Under the pieces are notes generated by a model, which was given only the letters and a program-made list of their open reading frames with translations, searched no databases and was not told the origin of the DNA. A stretch of DNA of 64,000 bases, taken from an uncultured delta proteobacterium. GTDB lineage: Bacteria; Desulfobacterota; Binatia; UBA9968. The stretch is taken from assembly GCA_963771465.1 (NCBI GenBank), contig CAVYTU010000019.1, forward strand, positions 128,001-192,000, in the 5' to 3' direction. A program made the translations under genes and the position numbers. Below, in pieces: positions 29,614-39,493 of this stretch; position 1 is the first letter of the stretch; each line of letters starts with the position of its first letter.

Positions 29614-31185
29614 ATGGCAAACGCAAAACGAGACGGGGCATCGCCGGAAGAAGCCAGAGATCTACGGAGTGCCATCGAATGGATGAAAAAAGAAGGGGAT
29701 ATCATCGTCACCGATAAAGAGGTCGACCCCAACCTGGAACTCACCGGCATTCAAAAAAAACTCGACGGTGGCTGCCCAATCCTTTTTAATAACGTCAAAG
29801 GCAAACCGCAGCATCGCTGCGTCACTAATTTGTTCGGTGATATGAACGTCATCAACAAAATGTTCGGCTGGAAAGACCACGCCGACCGGACCCGAAAATT
29901 GGCCTACGCCATCACTCATCCGATCGCGCCGATCGTCGTCGAGCAAAAAGATGCGCCGGTGCAAGAAGAAGTTTATGAGAAACCGGCGGAAGCAAACGAC
30001 TACGTCGTGCCGATCCGTCATACCGACATCGAACCCGAATTGACCGTCGGTTCCGGCAATCGATTGATTGCCGGCGAGTATTTTGAAGGCGGCACCGACC
30101 TCGGTTATAACCGTATGAACTTTCGCTGGGGTAACGTCGGAACTTTTCAAATTTCCCCCGGCTCGCACATGTGGCAGGTCGTCAGCAAGTATTACAAAGA
30201 CAACAAAGTGGTGCCGATCACGATGAACTTCGGCTTGCCGGTGGCCGGTTCGCTGCTCGCGGGCGCGGGTTTCGATTACGTGATCCTGCCGCAAGGCTGT
30301 GACGAAGTCGGCATCGCCGGCGCCGTGCAAGGCGCGCCCATGCGTTTGGTCAAAGCGCGCACGGTGGACGCCTACGCGTTGGCGGACGCGGAAGTGATTC
30401 TCGAAGGCTACGTCAACCCGCGCGACCGCCGCTTTGAAACCGCCGAGTCGGAGAAAGCCGGCATCCAAGGCCGTTTCCATTTCCATCCGGAATGGGCCGG
30501 CTACATGGGCAAAGCTTACAAAGCACCGACCTTTCACGTCACCGCCGTCACCACGCGCAAACGCGAAGGCAAACCGATTATTTTCCCGCTCGGCGTACAC
30601 ACTCTTGACGATCACAACATCGACACCACCGTGCGTGAGGCGGCGATGTTCGAGCTCTGTGAAAGAATGCAGCCAGGCATCATCATGGACGTGAACATTC
30701 CCTATTGCATGACCGACTGGGGCGGCGCGATCATTCAAGTGAAAAAACGCAACCGCATTGAAGAAGGCTGGCAGCGCAATTTCATGGCGGCGATCCTCGC
30801 CACCTCGCAGGGTTCCCGTCTCGTCGTCGCGGTGAGCGAAGATAGCGATCCCTATGACATGGATGATATCATGTGGAACTTGACCACTCGGGTCAATCCC
30901 AAAACCGACATCATCAATCCGCTTCCCGGCGGTCGCGGCCAGACCTTCATGCCCGCCGAGCGTATGACCGCCGGCGAAAAAGAATGGACGGCATCGAATA
31001 CCAGTTTCGAAGGCGGTATGGGCATCGATGCCACCGTGCCGTTCGGTTACGAGAGCGATTTCATGCGGCCGGTTTATCCCGTCGACAGAGTCGATCTTAA
31101 AAATTGGTTTAGTGACAAAGACATTCAAAACGCCAAGAGCCGCATGCAAGGCTGGGTGCATTCCTTGGCGCGCACAGGCAGATAA
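29614..31185 (+). CDS. UbiD-family prFMN-dependent (de)carboxylase, possibly of the phthaloyl-CoA decarboxylase-like clade
   Basis: DLRSAIEW, EVDPNLE, ILFNNVKG, LGYNR, AEVILEG, PEWAGYMG, DMDDIMWNLTTR, MGIDAT. Confidence 0.85.
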   Translation: MANAKRDGASPEEARDLRSAIEWMKKEGDIIVTDKEVDPNLELTGIQKKLDGGCPILFNNVKGKPQHRCVTNLFGDMNVINKMFGWKDHADRTRKLAYAITHPIAPIVVEQKDAPVQEEVYEKPAEANDYVVPIRHTDIEPELTVGSGNRLIAGEYFEGGTDLGYNRMNFRWGNVGTFQISPGSHMWQVVSKYYKDNKVVPITMNFGLPVAGSLLAGAGFDYVILPQGCDEVGIAGAVQGAPMRLVKARTVDAYALADAEVILEGYVNPRDRRFETAESEKAGIQGRFHFHPEWAGYMGKAYKAPTFHVTAVTTRKREGKPIIFPLGVHTLDDHNIDTTVREAAMFELCERMQPGIIMDVNIPYCMTDWGGAIIQVKKRNRIEEGWQRNFMAAILATSQGSRLVVAVSEDSDPYDMDDIMWNLTTRVNPKTDIINPLPGGRGQTFMPAERMTAGEKEWTASNTSFEGGMGIDATVPFGYESDFMRPVYPVDRVDLKNWFSDKDIQNAKSRMQGWVHSLARTGR

Positions 31186-31207
31186 TCTCCTAGATGGTTA
31201 CAACCGC

Positions 31208-31242
31208 AAAAAAAGGCAGGGACCCAATCCCTGCCTTTTTTT
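31208..31242 (+). terminator. Intrinsic terminator
   Basis: A7-GGCAGGGA-cccaa-TCCCTGCC-T7. Confidence 0.88.
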
Positions 31243-31469
31243 GTCGAGCGCGGGGGAGAAATGTTTCCGGTGAGAAAGTTTCTCAAAACCAAACATTTCC
31301 TTTGATTTCAGCGACTCAGGAACGCAGAGAAGTTTTTCGATCCGCGTTAGGAATTTTTTCTGAAAATCGCGTTGACTTAGCGAACCCTATTTGATACCTA
31401 ACCAACAACCTCGGCGGCTTCAAATCGCCAACGCAGTCTTCTTCAGTCAAAATCACCCGGGAATAAAGC

Positions 31470-32153
31470 ATGGAGAAACGCCATAAAAACCCCCTCGCTC
31501 GTACTTTAAGTTGCGGCAAAATCACCCTCGTCGTTGCATTGTTTGTTCCCGCGTTACTGGCATTCAAAAATCTGACAAAAAATAACAAAGTCGTCAGAAC
31601 AACGGAAATCTTAAAAATTGTCCACATCACGGAAAAACCCAGACCGAGAGAACTAGTCAAAATTTATTCCATCGTCAAATCACACCGCCCCGACATCACT
31701 GAATCCGAAGCGTGGCGAGTTTCTGAAGTGATCTTGGAAGAAAGCCTAAAGCGCGACATCGATCCGATACTCGTGCTGGCGGTGATCGAGGTAGAGAGCC
31801 GGTTTCAGTACACGGCGGTTTCGCCAATGGGTGCCCGCGGTATTATGCAGATCATGCCGGACACCGGTAAATTCCTGACTGAAACGCGCGGCCACGAAAT
31901 CGGCCTGCGCCCGGCGTCGTTTCGCCCGGAATCACTGGATGATCCGCTGTTAAGTATTCGCTTGGGAGTTTTCTATTTGCACGATCTCAAGAAGCAATTT
32001 CAGAATCTAAACCACGCCTTGATCGCTTATAACGCCGGGCCCGCGGAGATTCACAATCGCATCGAAAATAATTTGGAATTGTCCGACGAATTCGCCACCG
32101 TCGTCCTTGATGCGTACCAACGTTACCAGAAAGCTCGACAGCCAACCTTTTAA
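31470..32153 (+). CDS. Lytic transglycosylase (SLT domain)
   Basis: LAVIEVES-F-AVS-GARGIMQIMP; ALIAYNAG; N-terminal anchor. Confidence 0.9.
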   Translation: MEKRHKNPLARTLSCGKITLVVALFVPALLAFKNLTKNNKVVRTTEILKIVHITEKPRPRELVKIYSIVKSHRPDITESEAWRVSEVILEESLKRDIDPILVLAVIEVESRFQYTAVSPMGARGIMQIMPDTGKFLTETRGHEIGLRPASFRPESLDDPLLSIRLGVFYLHDLKKQFQNLNHALIAYNAGPAEIHNRIENNLELSDEFATVVLDAYQRYQKARQPTF

Positions 32154-32347
32154 TCCGTTTGCCACTTTTTAATTCGAGTGCCACGCACCGCCGGAAAGTC
32201 GTCATTGCCGGTTGCGCAAACTATCAAGCCGTCACACCGGGCTGATCCTAGATCGCGATAAAACTCGCGCCTTGGCGCGCCCTCCAAGCAATAGCATTGC
32301 GCCCTAATTTTGTGTTAAATCAAACGCCAAGCGCTCGGTAAAGATAT

Positions 32348-32821
32348 ATGACTACGCCCAACGAAGTTCTCCTCACAGCCGCAACTTGGGACGAGATTTC
32401 CCGCCATTCACAGGACGAATTTCCCGAAGAATGTTGCGGCGTTGTTTTGACCGACGGAATCACCGATCGTGCCCAACGCCTGAGGAATATCCAGAACGAA
32501 CTCCACGCTAAAGATCCCAAGACCCATCCGCGCACGGCGGCCATCGCTTACAACATGGACGTTAGAGTTTTAGATTCGCTTTTGCTTGAAGCGGGAAAAC
32601 TTGGCTACACGCTCAAGGCATTTTATCATTCTCACCCAAATCACGATGCCTACTTTTCGCAGGAGGACCGCGACGCGGCTACTCCGTTTGGCGAACCAAC
32701 CTATCCTGAGGCGATTCAAATTGTCGTCTCGGTTTATGAGAGTGTAATAAAAAAAATTCTGGCTTTCGCTTGGTCCGACGAACAACGAGATTTCGTCGAA
32801 GTGCTCATTAAAAGAGTTTGA
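32348..32821 (+). CDS. JAMM/MPN+ (M67, Mec-like) metallopeptidase
   Basis: PEECCG and YHSHP-x4-YFS-ED JAMM motif. Confidence 0.88.
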   Translation: MTTPNEVLLTAATWDEISRHSQDEFPEECCGVVLTDGITDRAQRLRNIQNELHAKDPKTHPRTAAIAYNMDVRVLDSLLLEAGKLGYTLKAFYHSHPNHDAYFSQEDRDAATPFGEPTYPEAIQIVVSVYESVIKKILAFAWSDEQRDFVEVLIKRV

Positions 32822-32825
32822 CCGG

Positions 32826-33701
32826 ATGGCGGCGCCGCGCGACCACAACGTCGATGTTCAGGGCCTCTCGATCCATTATCTCGAATGGGGCGACCCCAAC
32901 GGCGAGCCGCTCGTGCTCGTCCATGGTTTTCTCGATCTCGCTTATAGCTGGCAGCCGTTTGTTGATGAACTGTTGGCAAAAACGAAATCTCCACTGCGCA
33001 TCATCGCGCCGGATTGCCGCGGTCACGGCGACAGCGGCTGGATTGGCGCCGGCGGGTACTATCATTTCCCCGATTACATTCTCGATCTCGACTGCGTTTT
33101 GCGCGGCGCGGCAATCGGTCAGTTCAAATTGATCGGCCATTCCATGGGCGGGACAATCTCGTTCCAATACGCCGGCACGTTTCCCGATCGGGTAAAAAAA
33201 CTCGTGCTGATCGAAGGCGTTGGCCCCGTCGGCATGAGTTTCTCCGATGCGCCGCTCAGAATGAAAACGTGGATCGATGAGGTGCACGAACGCGGCCGCC
33301 GTCATTTTCGCGAATACTCCAGCGTCGAAGCCGGCGCTAGCCAATTGCGGCAGAGCAATCCGCGCGTCAACGCGCCGTTCGCGCTGGCGCTGGCGCGCGC
33401 CGGGATGAAACAGAACGAGCGCGGCAAATGGCTGTGGAAATTTGATCCGCTGCATCGCACCGCCGCGCCGCAACCCTTCTATATCGCACAAGCGCGGGAG
33501 TTCTTTCAACGCATTGAATGCCCCGTTTTGATCGTCGACGGCAAGGAGAGCCGGCAAACGCGGCGCACCGACAAGCAAGAACGCTACGATGCGCTGCGCC
33601 AGCACAGCTGCGTGGTCATCGATCATGCTGGCCATATGGTGCATCAGGACAATCCCGGCCGGTTGGCGGAAGTTGTCGCGCCATTTTTCGGGTTATTGTA
33701 A
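32826..33701 (+). CDS. Alpha/beta-fold hydrolase
   Basis: LVHGFLD, PDCRGHGDS, GHSMGG, AGHMVH. Confidence 0.92.
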   Translation: MAAPRDHNVDVQGLSIHYLEWGDPNGEPLVLVHGFLDLAYSWQPFVDELLAKTKSPLRIIAPDCRGHGDSGWIGAGGYYHFPDYILDLDCVLRGAAIGQFKLIGHSMGGTISFQYAGTFPDRVKKLVLIEGVGPVGMSFSDAPLRMKTWIDEVHERGRRHFREYSSVEAGASQLRQSNPRVNAPFALALARAGMKQNERGKWLWKFDPLHRTAAPQPFYIAQAREFFQRIECPVLIVDGKESRQTRRTDKQERYDALRQHSCVVIDHAGHMVHQDNPGRLAEVVAPFFGLL

Positions 33702-33874
33702 AACGGTAATGACAACGCAATAAGCTGACACACGGTAATCGTAAATTAACACCATCGTGATCGGCTGGAGGCTTGACTATTGAACTCGATTTCTGTGATT
33801 ATGACATCGACGTTGGCGTCAATGGGGATCCGGAAAAACGATTGACGAAGGAAGCGTGATCAAAAGGACCGTTT

Positions 33875-34327
33875 GTGCGCAAAGGCAAATCACCACAAAA
33901 GCGCAGCGGCGCGCCGCAAGGACGGCCTCGTCGCCGAGAAGAGCCGAGCCATACCGCAGACCCAGGTAGCCCAGCTACAGCCGTCGCGACAACGGCCAAC
34001 ATCAGCTTAACTCTCAAACATTTTCAGCGGCGGCGGGAAAACTCGCTCGCTAGCGGTGAAGACAAACGTCTCTATTTGCGCGTTGGTGACGAGGTCAATC
34101 ACATACGCCATCAAGACTGGGGCATCGGCGTGGTCATGGAAGTGATGACGTCATCGATCCCCGGCGGCACCTGTCTGGTCCGCGTGCGCTTTCACGACGG
34201 CCAACTACGCTGTTTCAACAACGATCTCGATAACGAAGCCTGTTGCTACTATTTTGGTGTGCGCCGCTATTGGAATCCTACCCATGGCGTCGACGCGATC
34301 CGGGCGAAACTCTTCGGCAGAGGATAA
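33875..34327 (+). CDS. Hypothetical protein with DUF3553/tudor-like C-terminal domain (start uncertain)
   Basis: VGDEVNH...WGIGVV...VRVRF-DG pattern. Confidence 0.55.
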   Translation: MRKGKSPQKRSGAPQGRPRRREEPSHTADPGSPATAVATTANISLTLKHFQRRRENSLASGEDKRLYLRVGDEVNHIRHQDWGIGVVMEVMTSSIPGGTCLVRVRFHDGQLRCFNNDLDNEACCYYFGVRRYWNPTHGVDAIRAKLFGRG

Positions 34328-34329
34328 AC

Positions 34330-34656
34330 ATGATCACACGAAAGCAAGTTATCGTAGCTGTAATGGCATTGTACTTTAGCGGCGTCTCGCCGGCTTTGCT
34401 CCGTGCTGAAGACGTAATCGAAAAAGCCGGCATCGCTACCGGCGTGAGCGCTGGCAATATCCTCTTTTTGCCGATCAAGGCGATATCCGTTTCAATGGGG
34501 GCGATCAGCGGCGCTCTTTCTTTTATTGTTACCGGAGGCAATGCCGATCTCACTCAGCAAATTTGGCGTGACACCCAGCAAGGCCCCTACATCATCACTC
34601 CCGAAGTCGCCCGCATGTCCGTCGGTCAGCGTCCGGAAATTGCCGACAAAAAGTAA
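34330..34656 (+). CDS. Small hypothetical secreted/membrane protein
   Basis: GAGGA RBS before ATG 34330; signal peptide and a hydrophobic segment. Confidence 0.6.
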   Translation: MITRKQVIVAVMALYFSGVSPALLRAEDVIEKAGIATGVSAGNILFLPIKAISVSMGAISGALSFIVTGGNADLTQQIWRDTQQGPYIITPEVARMSVGQRPEIADKK

Positions 34657-34730
34657 ACGCGGCATATAACCTCTCCCACTTGGGCGAGATCACATGCCGC
34701 GTTCCTGCGAATAATTCCAGACTTCTTGGC

Positions 34731-35453
34731 TTAGGCTAAGTTCGCCTTAAAGAAACTCGAAGTTCTCGCCCAGGCGTCCTTCGCCGCTTCGGGATTATAA
34801 CGGTCGGCGTTGGTATTGTTATTGAACGCATGCTTGGCGCCGTCAAAGACTTTGCAGTCGAAGCTCTTGCCCGCTTTGGCTAGCGCCGCTTTGAGCGGCT
34901 CGACACCAGGCATAATGTTGGCATCGTCCGCCGCATAGTTGCCCATCACTTTGCAGGGAATATTAGCGACGGAATCGAGTGGATCGGGGTTGCGACCGTA
35001 GTAAACCACCGCGGCGTTCAAGTCTTTGCACTTGGTCGCGAAGTTGAGCGACTGCCCACCGCCCCAGCAGTAGCCGACGACGCCGACTTTGCCGTTGACG
35101 TAGTTTTGCTTTTTCATGTAAGCGACGGCGGCAGTAAGATCTTCGACGGCCATCGTGCCATTTATTTTCTGAATTTCCTTGGTGGCCTCGTCACTGCCAT
35201 TCCACTTATCACTGCCCCCGATCCGGCTCATCAGATCGACACCGATGGCGGCAAAACCATCCTTGGCGAAGCGGCGGGTAACGTCTTTAATGTGCCCCAC
35301 CAAACCGCGATTTTCGTGAATTACGACGACTGTGCCCAAATTCTTACCGTCCTTGGGCCGCGAGACATACGCGTTCAACTCGCCGATCTTCACCATTTCC
35401 GACGTCAAGCCGGGATCGTTGGGATCAACAATATTTTCTATCGTCTGTGCCAT
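34731..35453 (-). CDS. Dienelactone hydrolase family protein
   Basis: IHENRGL, GYCWGG, VYYG, GAKHAFNN, AWART. Confidence 0.92.
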   Translation of the reverse strand: MAQTIENIVDPNDPGLTSEMVKIGELNAYVSRPKDGKNLGTVVVIHENRGLVGHIKDVTRRFAKDGFAAIGVDLMSRIGGSDKWNGSDEATKEIQKINGTMAVEDLTAAVAYMKKQNYVNGKVGVVGYCWGGGQSLNFATKCKDLNAAVVYYGRNPDPLDSVANIPCKVMGNYAADDANIMPGVEPLKAALAKAGKSFDCKVFDGAKHAFNNNTNADRYNPEAAKDAWARTSSFFKANLA

Positions 35454-35614
35454 TGAGCAAACCCTCCTTCAAATAATTTTGCTATTTCACCTATAGCGAA
35501 AATCTAATTTCTCGTCCAGAGCAATTAACAGTAATAAGACCGGGGTTGGCTCGAACCGAAAACAACAACGGCGCCCGGAGGCGCCGCGGTTTTTGCTGCA
35601 AGGACTAGTGTCGG

Positions 35615-35989
35615 TCAGGCCGAAGTTGAACTCGATGTCGACGACGATTTGTCGCTGCTAGTACTGGAACTTTCGCTCTTCTTGGACTCGGTCTTTTTCG
35701 GCTCGCTCTTGGATTCCGATGAAGGAGAAGTCTTCGAACTACTGTCGCTCTTAGATTCCGACGAAGAAGACTTCGAACCGTTGTCGCTCTTCGACTCGCC
35801 GTTCGTTTGCCCCTTGCGGGCGTAATCGGTGATATACCAGCCGGTGCCTTTGAGCTGAAACGAAGTATTCGAGATTAATTTTTTGATTTTGCTCTTGCAG
35901 GTAGGGCATTTGGTCAACGCTTTTTGAGTGATCCGCTGGGTCACCTCGATGATGCCACACTTGCGGCATTGATATTCGTAAATCGGCAT
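35615..35989 (-). CDS. FmdB-family zinc-ribbon protein with Ser/Lys-rich tail
   Basis: [12 protein letters not shown]...CPTC...[13 protein letters not shown]. Confidence 0.92.
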   Translation of the reverse strand: MPIYEYQCRKCGIIEVTQRITQKALTKCPTCKSKIKKLISNTSFQLKGTGWYITDYARKGQTNGESKSDNGSKSSSSESKSDSSSKTSPSSESKSEPKKTESKKSESSSTSSDKSSSTSSSTSA

Positions 35990-36069
35990 TGAATTCCCTC
36001 AACTCAACTGGGCTGCCGGGTAAATTAACCACTCCCCCTGACGTTGTCAATTCACCCGGCGGCCAACGC

Positions 36070-36435
36070 TTAAGCGCGTTGCCGATCCCTGGGCCGATCG
36101 GTACCGTCGGGCAGAATATGCTGCCCGCCAAACGCTTCGGAGCGGTTACCGAACAACACCAGTGGTTCCGTGCCGGTATTGACGATCTGGTAATAGTCCT
36201 TGGCCGCCAGGCAAAGTACGTCGTCTTTCTTGATCGGCCGCTCTTCGCCTTTCAGACCTTTCACGACTCCGTCGCCGGAAAATACCAGAAAGGTTTCCGG
36301 GTTGGCGTGATAGTGCATATCAGTGCCGTCGCCAGGAACGAAATAGAGCAACCAGGAACGGAAGTTATCCGTGCCAAATAGATGGAGGTTGCGCTTCGCC
36401 TTGCCCATTTCGTCCTTTAAGTTGATGCATTCCAT
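36070..36435 (-). CDS. Cupin-domain protein
   Basis: PGDG-MHYH-ETF-V-SG; YQIVNTG-EPL; AGGAGG RBS. Confidence 0.8.
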   Translation of the reverse strand: MECINLKDEMGKAKRNLHLFGTDNFRSWLLYFVPGDGTDMHYHANPETFLVFSGDGVVKGLKGEERPIKKDDVLCLAAKDYYQIVNTGTEPLVLFGNRSEAFGGQHILPDGTDRPRDRQRA

Positions 36436-36577
36436 AGGGTTTCCTCCTGTGATTTAGTGTTACTCTATCTAGTCGTTGTGGCTTCGGCAAGCGCTCGACC
36501 GATCTGCCTTGACAGGTCGGTGGCCGTGCCATATTCAGGTGGAGCATAATTGCCCAAGAGATTCTGGAGAAATCCCA

Positions 36578-37321
36578 ATGTTGAAGATGCACGAAAGCCA
36601 AGCCACGGAATTCATCGCCGAGCTGGCAGCCAAATGCGCCAAGCGCTGGAAAGCGACCGTGGATAAAACCAAATTCATGGATGAACTCAAAGAAGGCAAG
36701 CTTAAGAAAGAAACCGTCCAATTATTCTATAAGAATTGGGGCTCCTTCGTGCCCGTGATCAACTCGGTTTACACCTCCGCCTTTTACAAACACCTGTGGT
36801 TTTTCGTCAAGAACGTCGATCTGATGGAAGTGTACACGCAAAAAGTCCTGGACGAGTTTGGTCATCCCTCGCCGCCAGGTCACATTCAAATCTTAATGAG
36901 CACCGGTGCCGCGCTCGGACTCACGAAAGAAGAAGTCCTGCTCTCACCTATGCTGCCGGAGTGTCGAGCCCTGCCGGATTTTCACCGAACGTTACTCAAC
37001 GACGGCCAGATTCAGGAATATTGGTTTTCGGTTTTATGGGAGCATCCGTTCGGCGAGTCGTGCTTGGATTTTTTCAATGCGCTGACCCAATACTACGGCC
37101 TCACCACGGCGCAGGCGAGTTATTTTTCCAAACATCATGAAGCCGACACCATGGATCATCTCGACCGCAAATCCCACGGCGCCGTGACTCAAACTGTTTT
37201 AGTTCGATTGCTCCAAGAAGGTATCAATGAACGGCCTGGCTATTCAGCCGAATACTGCGCCGTCATACCGGCGGATTTGAATAAGATGTTCATGGACGGC
37301 TGCTACGCGGCAACGCACTAG
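36578..37321 (+). CDS. Heme-oxygenase-like diiron enzyme (PqqC/CADD/TenA fold), subfamily A
   Basis: All-helical; DEFGHPSPPGH, WE and YFSKHHEADTMDH match the E..H / E / H-x3-D..H ligand pattern; GGAG RBS. Confidence 0.72.
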   Translation: MLKMHESQATEFIAELAAKCAKRWKATVDKTKFMDELKEGKLKKETVQLFYKNWGSFVPVINSVYTSAFYKHLWFFVKNVDLMEVYTQKVLDEFGHPSPPGHIQILMSTGAALGLTKEEVLLSPMLPECRALPDFHRTLLNDGQIQEYWFSVLWEHPFGESCLDFFNALTQYYGLTTAQASYFSKHHEADTMDHLDRKSHGAVTQTVLVRLLQEGINERPGYSAEYCAVIPADLNKMFMDGCYAATH

Positions 37322-37433
37322 CCGCAAGCGCGACGCGCTTTCGGCATGCTAAATTTCCAATTACAAATTTCAAATCGAACTCCCACATCTGGAATATGGA
37401 ATTTGGAATCTGTAATTCCGAGCGAAGCGAGGA

Positions 37434-38876
37434 TTGATGGCGTTCTCCGACTTAAGGTCTTTCATCGACGGCGCGGAGCGCATTGGTGAGCTCAAACAAA
37501 TTGACGGCGCCGATTGGAATCTCGAGATCGGCTGCTTGACCGAGCTCATGGCCGAGCAAGATGGCCCGCTGCTGCTCTTCGACAACATCACGGGGTATCC
37601 CAAAGGCTTTCGCATCGCTGCCAACGTGCTCGCCAGCGCACGCCGCTTCGCTCTCGCGCTGGGCTTACCCACTGATGCCCCGAAGCTGGAAATTCTTCGC
37701 GCCTGGCGCAATAAGACTCGCGATCTCAAGCCCTTCGCGCCGGAGGAAGTTTCCGCGGGACCGATCCTGGAAAACATTCTCGCAGACGAGAAAGTCGATC
37801 TAGGAATTTTTCCCACACCCAAGTGGCACGAGCATGATGGCGGCCGCTACATCGGCACCGGCGACATGGTTGTCATCAAAGACCCCGACAGCGGCTGGGT
37901 CAACGTCGGCACTTACCGCTCGTGTGTCGTCGGCAAAGACCGGGTCACACTTTGGATCATCGAGCAAAAACACGGCAAACAAATCGCCCGCAAATATTGG
38001 CAATCAGGCAAAGCGTGCCCGGTCGCCATCGTGCTTGGCTGCGAGCCGGCCACCTGGATGGCGGCGCCGTCAGCGGCCAAAGCCGGAGTGAGCGAATATG
38101 AATACGCCGGCGCGCTGCGCGGCGCGCCGCTGCAAGTGATCCGCGCGCCCTACACCGGCTTGCCCGTGCCGGCGACTTCAGAAATCGTTATCGAAGGCGA
38201 CATGCCGCCACCCGAACAAGAATCTCACGCCGAAGGCCCGTTCGGTGAATGGCCGGGCTACTACACGCACAGCGGCGAAGAATGCGTCGTGCGGGTGAAA
38301 AGAATCCTCCATCGCCACGAGCCGATCCTGCTCGGCAACCCGCCGCTCTTGCCGATCACCGAGCGCTACGGCATACCGCTCTACGCCGCGCGCATCTGGG
38401 ATCACCTGGAGCAGTCCGGCGTTTCCGACGTGCAGGGGGTGTGGTGCCATTGTCACACGCTGATGGTCGTGGTGTCGCTCAAGCAACGCTTCGCCGGGCA
38501 AGCGCTTCAAGCGCTTACCGCCGTCGCCGGCATGATGACCGGCGCGAGCATGTACCGCTACTATATCGCCGTCGACGACGACATCGATCCGGTGGATTTG
38601 AAACAAGTGATCTGGGCCATGTGCACCCGCGTCGACCCGGCCGAGTCGGTGCAGATTTTGAAATCCTGGACTTCCGACCTCGACCCGCGCCTGCCGCCGG
38701 AAAAACGCGAGCGCGGCGATTTCACCATGGGGCGCATGCTGGTCGACGCCTACAAACCGTTTCATTGGCGCGACAAGTTCGCCCTCGCCAACAAGTTCAG
38801 CGCCGACGAAGCGCGAAGAGATCTGGGAGAAGTGGGCGCCGAAGCTTGGGACTCAAGTGAAGGATCATGCAATTGA
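37434..38876 (+). CDS. UbiD-family decarboxylase (C-terminal tail possibly frameshifted)
   Basis: DLRSFI, LLFDNI-GY, DGGRYIGT, NVGTYR, EIVIEG, EGPFGEWPGYY, VDDDID, WAMCTR. Confidence 0.92.
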   Translation: MMAFSDLRSFIDGAERIGELKQIDGADWNLEIGCLTELMAEQDGPLLLFDNITGYPKGFRIAANVLASARRFALALGLPTDAPKLEILRAWRNKTRDLKPFAPEEVSAGPILENILADEKVDLGIFPTPKWHEHDGGRYIGTGDMVVIKDPDSGWVNVGTYRSCVVGKDRVTLWIIEQKHGKQIARKYWQSGKACPVAIVLGCEPATWMAAPSAAKAGVSEYEYAGALRGAPLQVIRAPYTGLPVPATSEIVIEGDMPPPEQESHAEGPFGEWPGYYTHSGEECVVRVKRILHRHEPILLGNPPLLPITERYGIPLYAARIWDHLEQSGVSDVQGVWCHCHTLMVVVSLKQRFAGQALQALTAVAGMMTGASMYRYYIAVDDDIDPVDLKQVIWAMCTRVDPAESVQILKSWTSDLDPRLPPEKRERGDFTMGRMLVDAYKPFHWRDKFALANKFSADEARRDLGEVGAEAWDSSEGSCN

Positions 38877-39493
38877 AGCCGCTCAATACAACTGAAGTCC
38901 ATAGCTCATCTCACGCCGCCCCGTCCTTCTCTTTTTTGCCCGTTATTTTTTCTAATACCATTCAACGCTGAGAGTCCCAATTGCGTCGATCTTCGCCTGG
39001 AGAGCGCTCCGCCTGATCGGCTAACCACCGCCCTGTTCGTCCATACGACCTCTTTCGATTTCGCGCGTCTTCAGCATAAGTGGCCGTTCTGGCATTAAGG
39101 TTGCTTAGTTTTGTAAGGCCCATTTGGAGAACGAGATCAAAATGAAAATTTAGTTGCGCGATACCGCCGGTTAAAGCGTTCGGCACGGCGAAGCGTTGGC
39201 GTAACAGAGCTCGGGAATTGTTCGAGGCCGAAAATTCCTGGGGTTTAGAAAGCCTGAGGCAAGGGTGACGTTAAAAGAGGCAATCGCTGACGCTAAAGGA
39301 GGCAGTTGAACGATGAGAGGAAGATCGCTCCTCTTGTGAGAACCTCGAAATCTTAGGTGGTGACAATGCGATCGTTGGCGTTATATATCGGATGGGTGTT
39401 CAGAGGCCTAATGCTGGCCATGTCGCGCCGCATGGTGACCGGATCGATTCAGTTGGGATAAGAGGTGCGGAGTAGAGACGCCGTGAGCTATCG

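Noticed and set aside
29662-31161. 499-aa minus-strand ORF
   Set aside because: Antisense shadow of the UbiD gene with no recognisable motifs; typical of GC-rich coding DNA
32348-32821. JAMM peptidase as part of a CBASS or ubiquitin-like defence system
   Set aside because: No E1/E2, ubiquitin-like or CD-NTase gene is adjacent; it looks like a Mec-type housekeeping enzyme
38962-39186. Short ORFs in long intergenic gaps (also 10810-11077 and 41679-42071)
   Set aside because: No clear RBS, motifs or coding-like composition
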